Below are positions 44,811 to 52,492 of a stretch of 64,000 nucleotides of DNA, one piece after another. Position 1 is the first letter of the stretch; each line of letters starts with the position of its first letter. The stretch comes from an uncultured Holophagae bacterium (lineage in GTDB: Bacteria; Acidobacteriota; Thermoanaerobaculia; Thermoanaerobaculales; Sulfomarinibacteraceae): NCBI GenBank assembly GCA_963718055.1, contig CAVQXZ010000001.1, positions 1,171,605 to 1,235,604 of the forward strand, written 5' to 3'. The notes under the pieces were generated by a model, which was not told the origin of the DNA, searched no databases, and worked only from the letters and a program-made list of their open reading frames with translations. The position numbers and the translations under genes were made by a program.

Positions 44811-46266
44811 ATGATCGCTGCGGTCGTCGTCGCCCTGCTCCTCGCCGCCGCGCCGGCGCCGGCGTCAGAGCCATCGGGAGAGGCGGGTCTGCCAAAGGGC
44901 CGCCTCGTGGAGGGGGTCGCATGCGCCGCGGACCCCACTCAGTCGTACTCGCTCTTCCTGCCCGACGGCTACGATCCCGCTCGGCAGTGGCCGGTCCTGG
45001 TCGTGCTCGATCCCGGCGGCAGGTCGGTACGCGCGGCCGAGCGCTTCGTCGAGCCGGCACGGGAGCTCGGCTGGATCGTCGTGTCGTCCGACGACACCCG
45101 CAGCGACGTCGGCATGGAGCCCAACCGGCGGGCGGTCAACGCGCTGTGGCCGGAGATCCACGAGCGCTACGCGATCGACAGGAGGCGGATCTACCTGGCC
45201 GGCTTCTCGGGGACCGTCGGCGTGGCGTTCCTGCTGGCTCGCGAGACCGGCGCGATCGCCGGGATCATCGCGGCCGGGGGCCGCTTCATCGAGGAGGTGT
45301 ATGCGGGCAACCGGGCGGCCGTGTTCGCCGCCGCGGGCGACGCCGACTTCAACTACCAGGGGATGCGGGCGGTGCACGCCCGCATGCTCGAGGACGGGGT
45401 CCCGAGCCGGTTCGAGGCCTTCTCCGGTGGGCACGAGTGGATGCCGCCGGAGGTCGCGCGGCACGCCGCTCGAGTGGATGGAGCTGCAGGCGATGCGGCG
45501 CGGGCTGCGGGCGCGGGACGACGGCCTGCTCGATCACATGCTCGCGGCCGAGCTGGCGGCCGCCGCCGCGCTCGAGTCGGAGGGCCGCGGGCTCGAGGCG
45601 ATGGGCGTCTACCGGGCGGTCGTCGCGGGCTTCGAGGGGCTGCGCGACGTGTCGCAGGCCAAGGCGAGGGTGACGGCGCTCGAGGCCGACCCCGAGGTCA
45701 CGCGCGCCGCCGCGCTCGAGCTGCGCTGGAGCGAGCGCGAGCAGTGGGAGCGGGAACGGATCAACTCGACGCTGCAGCGCTTCCTCGCGACCGAGCCGGC
45801 GCCGCCACCGGAGGTGCTGGCCGCCGAGCTCGAGGTCGCGCGGCTCGAGCGCCAGGCGGAGGGCGATGAAATCGAGGCTGCCACCGCCCGCCGCGTCCTC
45901 GCCCACCTGGTCTCGAACCTGGCGTTCTACCTGCCGCGGGAGCTGCTGGCCGCCAGGCGGCCGAGCCACGCCGCCTCGGCTCTCGGCGTCGCGTGCCAGA
46001 TCGAGCCCGACAACCCGGTGTACTGGTACAACCGCGCCTGCGCCCTGTCGCTCGCCGGTCGCAGGTCACCGGCGCTCGACGCGCTCGAGCGCGCGGTCGG
46101 GGCGGGCTTCGCCGACGCTGGCCTGATGCGGAGCGATCCCGACCTCGAGGCCGTGCGGGACAGCGACCGCTTCCGCGCGCTGGTGGCCGCGGTCGGCGGA
46201 ACACCGGGCGAGGGCGGAGACGCGAAAGAAGTCGAGCCCTCGAGAACCAGCGGATCAGAGAAGTAG
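44811..46266 (+). CDS. secreted alpha/beta-hydrolase (esterase-like) fused to a C-terminal TPR-like domain; apparent +1 frameshift near 45468
   Basis: Frame A: signal peptide MIAAVVVALLLAAAPAPASE, then YSLFLPDGYDP...PVLVVLDPGG...IYLAGFSGT...FSGGHEWMPPEVARHA. Frame B continues LEWMELQAMRRGL...NPVYWYNRACALSLAG...LMRSDPDLEAVRDSDRFRAL (TPR-like). The joint is at about 45450-45470. Confidence 0.6.
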
Positions 46267-46473
46267 AGAAGCTCCTCCTCCCACCCGTTCAGAACCGCAG
46301 AGGCCGCGGAGAGCGCAGAGCCGACGCCGGAAAGTTCAGATGACCCACCCCTGCGTCCTCTGCGCCCTCGGCGGTTTGATCGATCCGCGTTCACGCGCCG
46401 AGGCCATGCCACGAAGAACCCACCGCACCTTGCGCGTGGTGCAGTGCGCATCGTTCGTGTGCCCGTCTCGGAA

Positions 46474-47223
46474 TCAGACGGCCAGACCGTGTCCGGGGAG
46501 GCCGTCGCGGCACAGGCGTTCGATGGCGGCGCGGGTGCGCTCGGTGAGGGCCGCGCGGTCGGTCACGCCCAGTGCGGCGGTGGGAATCGGCTCCCCGAAG
46601 CGGACGGTCACGGTCGTGGGCGAGACCAGCCGCGCGTTCGGAGGCAGCGCCGAGCGGGTGCCGAGAAGCGCGACCGGCAGGACATCAAGGCGGGTCTTGA
46701 GCGCAAACACGAAACCGCCCCGCTGGAAGGGCAGGAGCCCCCGTTCGGGACCGTAGGTCTCCTCCGGGAACACCAGCACCGACCGGCCATCCTCGACCCG
46801 CCGCAGCGTGTCCGCGAGCATCCGGCCGGCGAGCTGGCGGTTGACCCGATCGATCGGCGTGTGGCCGAGCATCCGCATCGCCCAGCCCAGCACCGGGATT
46901 CGGAACAGGCTCTGCTTGGCCCAGAAGACAGTGCGCCAGGTCGCGGGGAGGACGGCCATCAGGACCGGGATGTCCAGCGCCGACTGGTGGTTGGCCATCA
47001 CGACAAAGCGGCGGCTGGGGTCGAGCCGGTCGAGACCCTCGACCCGGACCGGGCAGCCGGTGCCCCAGACGCAGAGCCGGCCCCACAGCCGGGCCATCCG
47101 GTGGGCCACGGGATCGCCGCCGGGCAGCTTCGAGATCAGCAGCGCCGGCAGCGTGCAGCCAATCGTGGCCATGGCGCCGACGAGCCATGCCCATCCGGTG
47201 CGAACGACGGCCCGGATCCTCAC
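46474..47223 (-). CDS. plsC: 1-acyl-sn-glycerol-3-phosphate acyltransferase
   Basis: VVMANHQSALDIPVL is the HX4D block, with LVFPEETYG and FQRGGF also present. GTG start at 47223, downstream of repeat copy C. Confidence 0.8.
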   Translation of the reverse strand: MRIRAVVRTGWAWLVGAMATIGCTLPALLISKLPGGDPVAHRMARLWGRLCVWGTGCPVRVEGLDRLDPSRRFVVMANHQSALDIPVLMAVLPATWRTVFWAKQSLFRIPVLGWAMRMLGHTPIDRVNRQLAGRMLADTLRRVEDGRSVLVFPEETYGPERGLLPFQRGGFVFALKTRLDVLPVALLGTRSALPPNARLVSPTTVTVRFGEPIPTAALGVTDRAALTERTRAAIERLCRDGLPGHGLAV

Positions 47224-47251
47224 GGTCGCCCATTGTAGATCCGAGCTCGGC

Positions 47252-47348
47252 GCGCGCAGGGCAGAGGCCATTCGATGCGCTGGTGAACCTACGTCGGTCT
47301 CGAGGCCTCTGCCCTGCGCGCGCCGAGATTGATGCGCTGCGCGCATCC
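47252..47348 (+). repeat. family-1 element, copy C (lacks the TAGGAGCG end)
   Basis: GCGCGCAGGGCAGAGGCC ... GGCCTCTGCCCTGCGCGC is an inverted repeat, followed by GATGCGCTGCGCGCATCC. Confidence 0.7.
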
Positions 47349-47496
47349 CAATGCCGACGGTCTCAGCGGATACTGGCACACATGCGGCGATCCCAGTTTG
47401 GCGGATTCTCCCGGCAGTCAGGGTGTTCTTCCGCCGTGATCACACTGCACCACCATTGCCTCTACCATCAATCATGAGAACTCCCTCCCATCGTCA

Positions 47497-47595
47497 GGAT
47501 GCGCGCAGCGCATCCCGAGGAGCGGGCGGGGCGCAGGCCACTGGTAACGACGTCATCAAGAGGGCGCACGGGGGCCTCCGCCCCGCCCGCTCCTA
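47497..47595 (-). repeat. family-1 element, copy D (short subtype)
   Basis: The reverse complement reads CTGTAGGAGCGGGCGGGGCGGAGGCC...GGCCTGCGCCCCGCCCGCTCCTCGGGATGCGCTGCGCGCATCC. Its TAG is the stop codon of the 47593..48966 gene. Confidence 0.8.
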
Positions 47596-48966
47596 CAGCT
47601 GGCCGGCGGTTCCCCAGCGCTTGAGCGACCGCAGGTACGCCGGATCGTCGTAGCGGCGGAGATCGAAGGCGGGCGCGTAGTCGGGCAGGGCGTCGCCGGT
47701 GATGTGCGCCGCGAGCAGCTCCGCGGTGGCCGACGACGCCATCAGACCGAAGCCCGAGAGAGCGCCGTGCAGGAAAGCGCCGGCGACCGGCAGCGGGCAG
47801 GCGAGCGGTCGGTTCTCCCGCGTCTTGGTGTAGTAGCCGCCGTCGACGAACGGTGTGGGCAGGTGATCGAGGTAGGCGGCGAGCGCCGGGACCAGCCGGG
47901 TCATGCCGCGCAGGGCGATCTCGGCGTAGCTCGGAGGCAGCTCGATCGGGAAGGTCTCCGGGACGTCGCCGACGTGGTACGGCCAGAGGATGATCACGTG
48001 CTCGGCGCCCTCGGGCCTCATGTGGACGCCGGCCGGCATCTCCCCGGTCAGCCAGCTCGTCGCCGGATCCTCCCGCAGCAGCGCGGCCTCCTCCTCGGTC
48101 CACGACAGGCGCTGGGGGTCTTCCCAGATCAGCAGCGGCACCTCGCGGGGGACGACGCCTAGGTGGTCGCGGAATGACATCTTGACGTGAAGCTCGGAGT
48201 ACACCGGGAGCTCGAGCCCGAGCAGGCGGCTCACCGGCTGGAGGAACGGGCCCGCCGCGTTGACGAAGCAGCGGGTCGCGATCGTCACGTCCCCGGCGGG
48301 CGTCGCCACTCGCGCGCCGGCGACGCGGCCGCGATCGACCTCGATCTCGGTCAGGTGTCCCTCGAGCAGGCAGACGCCGCTCGAGCGCGCCCGGTCGAGC
48401 TGCTCCATGCCGAGCTGCTGTCCCGAGAACCAGCCGCAGCGCCGCGTGTGGAGAACGGCGCACACGTCGGGTGCGAGGTAGGGGAAGAGCTCGCGGATGA
48501 GCCCCGGGTCGACGATGAGGTCGGCGCCGTCGGGCTGCTCGAGCCAGCCGTCCGGCCGGTGGCGGACGTAGGTCGCACGCTGGCTGCCGGCGCCGTGCAC
48601 CCGGAGCGGGCCGGCGCCCTGCGCCGAGGCGCGGCCGCCGATGCTGCGATAGGCCGCGGCGCGCTGCGGGTCGCCGGTGGCGTAGATGTAGCCGCGCCGG
48701 TTGAGGAGGAAGCGGTTCCCGCAGTCCGTCGCGAGCTCCTCGAGCAGGTCGATCGAGCGGTTCATCAGCCGGACCATGGCGTCGTCCGGCCCGGGCCACC
48801 AGTTGCGGTAGGCCTCGGTCGACTTGTCGCTGGTCAGTGTCAGGGGCGGCCGCTCGTCGACGAGCACGACGTCGCGGACACCGTGGTGAACGGCGAGCTG
48901 GTAGGCGGCCGACACCCCGGCGATGCCGGCCCCGCAGATCACGACGTCCGCCGTGCGTGCTGTCAC
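47593..48966 (-). CDS. FAD-dependent oxidoreductase (DAO family)
   Basis: DVVICGAGIAGVSAAYQLA....V.LVDE is the GxGxxG dinucleotide-binding fold. Length and pattern fit glycine/D-amino-acid/sarcosine oxidase-like enzymes. Confidence 0.8.
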   Translation of the reverse strand: MTARTADVVICGAGIAGVSAAYQLAVHHGVRDVVLVDERPPLTLTSDKSTEAYRNWWPGPDDAMVRLMNRSIDLLEELATDCGNRFLLNRRGYIYATGDPQRAAAYRSIGGRASAQGAGPLRVHGAGSQRATYVRHRPDGWLEQPDGADLIVDPGLIRELFPYLAPDVCAVLHTRRCGWFSGQQLGMEQLDRARSSGVCLLEGHLTEIEVDRGRVAGARVATPAGDVTIATRCFVNAAGPFLQPVSRLLGLELPVYSELHVKMSFRDHLGVVPREVPLLIWEDPQRLSWTEEEAALLREDPATSWLTGEMPAGVHMRPEGAEHVIILWPYHVGDVPETFPIELPPSYAEIALRGMTRLVPALAAYLDHLPTPFVDGGYYTKTRENRPLACPLPVAGAFLHGALSGFGLMASSATAELLAAHITGDALPDYAPAFDLRRYDDPAYLRSLKRWGTAGQL

Positions 48967-48984
48967 GGTGACCTTCTTAGCACA

Positions 48985-49130
48985 TTCGGACGCGAGAACG
49001 GGAACGGGAATCCGGCTTCCGGCTTCGCCTTCAGCTTCGCCGTGACGAGTCGCCCTTTGGCTTGCGGCTTCGCCAAGTGGCTACGCCGTCACGGGTCGCC
49101 GTGACAGGCGGGGACGGGGACGGAGAGGGG
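48985..49130. repeat. family-2 GC-rich intergenic repeat region
   Basis: CCGGCTTCCGGCTTCGCCTTCAGCTTCGCCGTGACGAG, GGCTTGCGGCTTCGCC, CGCCGTCACGGGTCGCCGTGACAGGCGGGGACGGGGACGGAGA. Related to 15.9 kb (reverse complement), 17.38 kb and 41.2 kb. Confidence 0.5.
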
Positions 49131-49186
49131 GCAACGGTGACGCTGACCGGTCACGCGTCGCGTGGCGTGTCCAGCGGGGGCTGTCG

Positions 49187-50800
49187 CTACGGCGTCAGGA
49201 CGCCGCCGGCGGGCCGCGGCGTGGTGCGTCGCACGCCGACTACGCTCCGGTTGCGCAGCCAGCCGGCCCGCTCGGGCGAGCCTCGTTCGATGAACTCGAA
49301 GTCGGAGTCGAGCTCACCGTCCTCGTCGAGGTCGGCGAGGAAGATCCCGTAGCCGAGGTGCTCGAGCGTAAAGGAGGCGGTCCAGCCCGAGTGCGGGTCC
49401 CACATGAACAGCGACAGCTCGTCGCTGCTCTCGACCGTGATCTCGCCCTCCAGCGGGTAGCTCGTGTTCGTGGTGAAGTCCCAGATGCCCTCGAAGCGGT
49501 GCCAGGTGCTCGGGTCCGTGGGGTCGGGCGGGTGCACGGTCGAGCCCGCCTGCAGCAGGTAGTCCGCGATGCAGTAGCCGGCATCGGAGAGCGCCGTGAA
49601 GGTGTTGGCCAGCACGGCGACCGCGAAGCGGTGCTCGTGCTCCCAGATCAGGGAGGCTCCCCAGCCCCAGATGTTGCCGCCGTGCTCCCTGACGGTGAGG
49701 TTGCCGAAGGGCTCGATCAAGACGCCGTAGCCGTAGCTGTAGCCGGGGATGAGCTCCAGGTCCACCTGGGGGCTCTGCATCTGGCTGGCGGAGGAGGGGG
49801 CGAGGACGGCGCCGCCTCCGTCCATCAACGTCAGCGCCCAGCGGACGAGGTCGCCGGCGGTCGAGAAGGCGTAGCCGGCCGGTGCGTAGACCGCGTTGTC
49901 GTAGTCGTCCGGGACGTAGATCATCTCGAAGCCGCCCGGCCAGGTGTGGTGACCGTAGCTGTAGTCGCCGTCCGCGACCACGGCGGCCGGGTCGAAGGTG
50001 GTCCGCGTCATGCCGGCCGGCGCGAACACGTGCTGCGGCATGTACTGGCGGTACGGCTGGCCGCTGGCGCGCTCCGCCACCAGCCCGGCGAGGTTGAAGT
50101 TCGGGTTGGAGTAGTTCCAGAACACGCCCGGCGGCGCATGGAGCGCGACGTCCTGCTGGTGGGCCGCCCACTCGGCGAGCGCGCCGTCGTCGGTGGGGCC
50201 CACCGGGTCGAAGGGGAGGTCGGGGTACCCGGAGCTGTGGGTCAGCAGATGGCGGACCGTGATGCGGTCGGCCGGCCACTGGCCGCCGAGCTCGAGCTCC
50301 GGCACGTACGCCGTCACGGGATCGTCGAGGACCACGGTCCCGAGCTCGACCTGCTGCAGCACCGCGGCCGCGGTCAGCTGCTTGGTGATCGAGCCGATCC
50401 GGAAGTAGGTCTCCGCGTCCACCGGGTCGCTGCCATTCCGGCGCTTGACCCCGTAGCCCCGCTCCAGGATCAGCGCGCCGTCGATCGCCACCGCGACCGA
50501 GGCGCCAGGAGTGCCCACGGCCGCCATGTTCTGGGTCACGCACTGGTCGACCGCGTCGTCGAGCGTGGCAGCGCCCTGGTGGGCCTTCAGGAGGGCGGGT
50601 GGAACGAGCGCTGGAATCGGACCGGGGCCCGGCAGGGCAGATGTGGCGGGGACGAGCTGGGCGGCAGTCTCGGTCGCGGGCGGGTCAGCCGGGGAGGCCG
50701 CGGAGGCGGCTGCGGCGGGCAGCTGGAGCAGCGCGGCCAGACCTGCGACGGTGAGGCAGGCCGCAAAGCGGACCGGCGGACGAGGTTCGAGTCTGTCCAT
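49187..50800 (-). CDS. secreted serine hydrolase, beta-lactamase/PBP4* (class C-like) family with a C-terminal extra domain
   Basis: Signal peptide. FRIGSITKQLTAAAVLQ is the SxxK motif, with a YSNPNF-type (YxN) motif downstream. Confidence 0.85.
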   Translation of the reverse strand: MDRLEPRPPVRFAACLTVAGLAALLQLPAAAASAASPADPPATETAAQLVPATSALPGPGPIPALVPPALLKAHQGAATLDDAVDQCVTQNMAAVGTPGASVAVAIDGALILERGYGVKRRNGSDPVDAETYFRIGSITKQLTAAAVLQQVELGTVVLDDPVTAYVPELELGGQWPADRITVRHLLTHSSGYPDLPFDPVGPTDDGALAEWAAHQQDVALHAPPGVFWNYSNPNFNLAGLVAERASGQPYRQYMPQHVFAPAGMTRTTFDPAAVVADGDYSYGHHTWPGGFEMIYVPDDYDNAVYAPAGYAFSTAGDLVRWALTLMDGGGAVLAPSSASQMQSPQVDLELIPGYSYGYGVLIEPFGNLTVREHGGNIWGWGASLIWEHEHRFAVAVLANTFTALSDAGYCIADYLLQAGSTVHPPDPTDPSTWHRFEGIWDFTTNTSYPLEGEITVESSDELSLFMWDPHSGWTASFTLEHLGYGIFLADLDEDGELDSDFEFIERGSPERAGWLRNRSVVGVRRTTPRPAGGVLTP

Positions 50801-51012
50801 GGCAGGATTCTACGGCCGTGGCGGCTCTTTGTTCATGGCCTTTCCGGGGGATCGCTCACCGTGTTTTTTCGGTGTTGCAGGCCACCGGGGTTGTGCTATC
50901 ATCACGCCTCGGAGCAGCACCGAGATTGACTCGCAGCACACGGTTGGACGGAATATTCCGTCTGGGCTGCGGGTTCACGAACGTCGGTTGCATTGAAAAG
51001 GAGGAGGATAAC

Positions 51013-52416
51013 GTGAGAAGCAGCATCGGACGCCTGTTGATCCTGGTCGTGGCCGTGGGCTTGGCCGGAGCCTGCGCCTCGGCGCCACCCCAACCCCAAT
51101 ACACCCCCGGCTCGATCGACCCCGCCTACTGGGTCAAGAAGGTCGATCAGTTTGCCCTGATTGGCGACGGCTCGCTGTCGATGAGCGACAAGCACGAGAA
51201 GATGCTCAAGCTCGACATCGCCCAGGCGGTGCTCGACAGCATGAACCAGACGATACCCGAGAAGGACTACAACGGGACCTTCGTCGCCTTCGGGCGCGGC
51301 GAGTGCGGCTCGACCGGGAAGACCGTGCTGGCCGTCCCGCTCGACACCTACTCGAAGGGCGCCTTCAACGGCGCGATCGACAACTTCAACTGCGCCGGCG
51401 GCAACAGCCCCCTCAACAAGGCGGTGGACCTCACGAATGCCGACCTCTCCAAGGCGGTCGTGCCGAGCTCGCTGGTGATCGTCAGCGACGGTCTCCACAT
51501 GAACAACAAGGAGATCGAGGCGGCTGGCCAGCTGGCCTCCGCGTTCGGAGACAAGCTCGCCATCTTCGCGGTTCAGGTCGGCGACAAGAAGAAGGGCACC
51601 GAGCTGCTCAAGCAGGTGGTGGCGAAGGGCAACGGTGGCTACCTGATCAACGCCGCCGAGTTGACCGACGCGGCCGCGATGGAGAAGTTCGTCGAGGACG
51701 TGCTGCTCTATCCCGACAGTGACGGTGACGGCGTGGCCGACTACCTCGACAAGTGCCCCGGCACCCCCAAGGGTGTGAAGGTGGACGCGGTTGGCTGCCC
51801 GCTCGATACCGACGGTGACGGCGTGCCGGACTACCTCGACAAGTGCCCCGGCACCCCCAAGGGTGTGAAGGTGGACGCGGTTGGCTGCCCGCTCGACAGC
51901 GACGGTGACGGCGTGACGGACAACATCGACAAGTGCCCGAACACCCCCAAGGGCTGCAAGGTGGACGCGGTTGGCTGCCCGATCGACACCGACGGTGACG
52001 GCGTGGCGGACTGCTTCGACAAGTGCCTTGACACTCCGAAGGGCCTCGTTGTGGACGAGACCGGCTGCGTGCCCGCGGGCTTCATGGTGGTGGGCGAAGT
52101 CCTGTTCGACACCAACAAGTGGAACATCAAGCCTGAGGGGCAGGCCGAGCTCGACAAGGGCGTTGCGTTCCTGTTGAAGAACCCGCAGCTCAAGGTCGAG
52201 ATCCAGGGACACACCGACAGCACCGGCGCGGCGGCGTGGAACGCCACGCTGTCCCAGCGGCGCGCCGAGTCGGTGATGAAGTACCTTGTGAGCAAGGGTG
52301 TGCCCGCTGGCCAGCTGACGGCCAAGGGCTTTGGGCCGGCCAATCCGGTCGCGCCCAACGACACCAAGGAAGGTCGCGCCAAGAACCGCAGGGTCGACTT
52401 CATGAAGGCGAACTAG
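51013..52416 (+). CDS. OmpA-family lipoprotein with a vWA-like domain and four thrombospondin type-3 calcium-binding repeats
   Basis: GGAGGAGGA RBS before GTG 51013. Lipobox LAGAC. DGSLS is a DxSxS MIDAS-like motif. There are 4 repeats of D.DGDGV.D..DKCP.TPKG.KVD..GCP. The C-terminus has OmpA motifs F..NKW.I....L......LK..P...V.I.GHTDS.G....N..LS..RA.SV, then NRRV. Confidence 0.85.
   Translation: MRSSIGRLLILVVAVGLAGACASAPPQPQYTPGSIDPAYWVKKVDQFALIGDGSLSMSDKHEKMLKLDIAQAVLDSMNQTIPEKDYNGTFVAFGRGECGSTGKTVLAVPLDTYSKGAFNGAIDNFNCAGGNSPLNKAVDLTNADLSKAVVPSSLVIVSDGLHMNNKEIEAAGQLASAFGDKLAIFAVQVGDKKKGTELLKQVVAKGNGGYLINAAELTDAAAMEKFVEDVLLYPDSDGDGVADYLDKCPGTPKGVKVDAVGCPLDTDGDGVPDYLDKCPGTPKGVKVDAVGCPLDSDGDGVTDNIDKCPNTPKGCKVDAVGCPIDTDGDGVADCFDKCLDTPKGLVVDETGCVPAGFMVVGEVLFDTNKWNIKPEGQAELDKGVAFLLKNPQLKVEIQGHTDSTGAAAWNATLSQRRAESVMKYLVSKGVPAGQLTAKGFGPANPVAPNDTKEGRAKNRRVDFMKAN
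51721..52080 (+). repeat. four tandem 90-bp coding repeats (TSP3 repeats); the first two are nearly identical
   Basis: Units start at 51721, 51811, 51901 and 51991. Units 1 and 2 differ at only a handful of positions. Confidence 0.85.
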
Positions 52417-52440
52417 CGGTTCGTCTCGACCGACACGACA

Positions 52441-52470
52441 GGACCCGGCGATCGCGCCGGGTCCTTTTTC
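52441..52470 (+). terminator. rho-independent terminator after the OmpA-family gene
   Basis: GGACCCGGCG-AUCG-CGCCGGGUCC is a perfect 10-bp stem, followed by UUUUU. Confidence 0.75.
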
Positions 52471-52492
52471 TATCTCCTTGCTCGAGGGGTCG

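Noticed and set aside
46290-46375. An imperfect inverted repeat (..GAGAGCGCAGAG..N37..CTCTGCGCCCTC..) between the convergent TPR gene and plsC, considered as a bidirectional terminator.
   Set aside because: The loop is about 37 nt, the stem has mismatches and there is no U-tract on either strand. It is too weak to call.
51721-52080. Regular 90-bp tandem repeats that could be mistaken for a CRISPR-like array.
   Set aside because: There are no unique spacers. The repeats are contiguous, in frame and encode thrombospondin type-3 repeats inside the OmpA-family gene. No cas genes are in the window.
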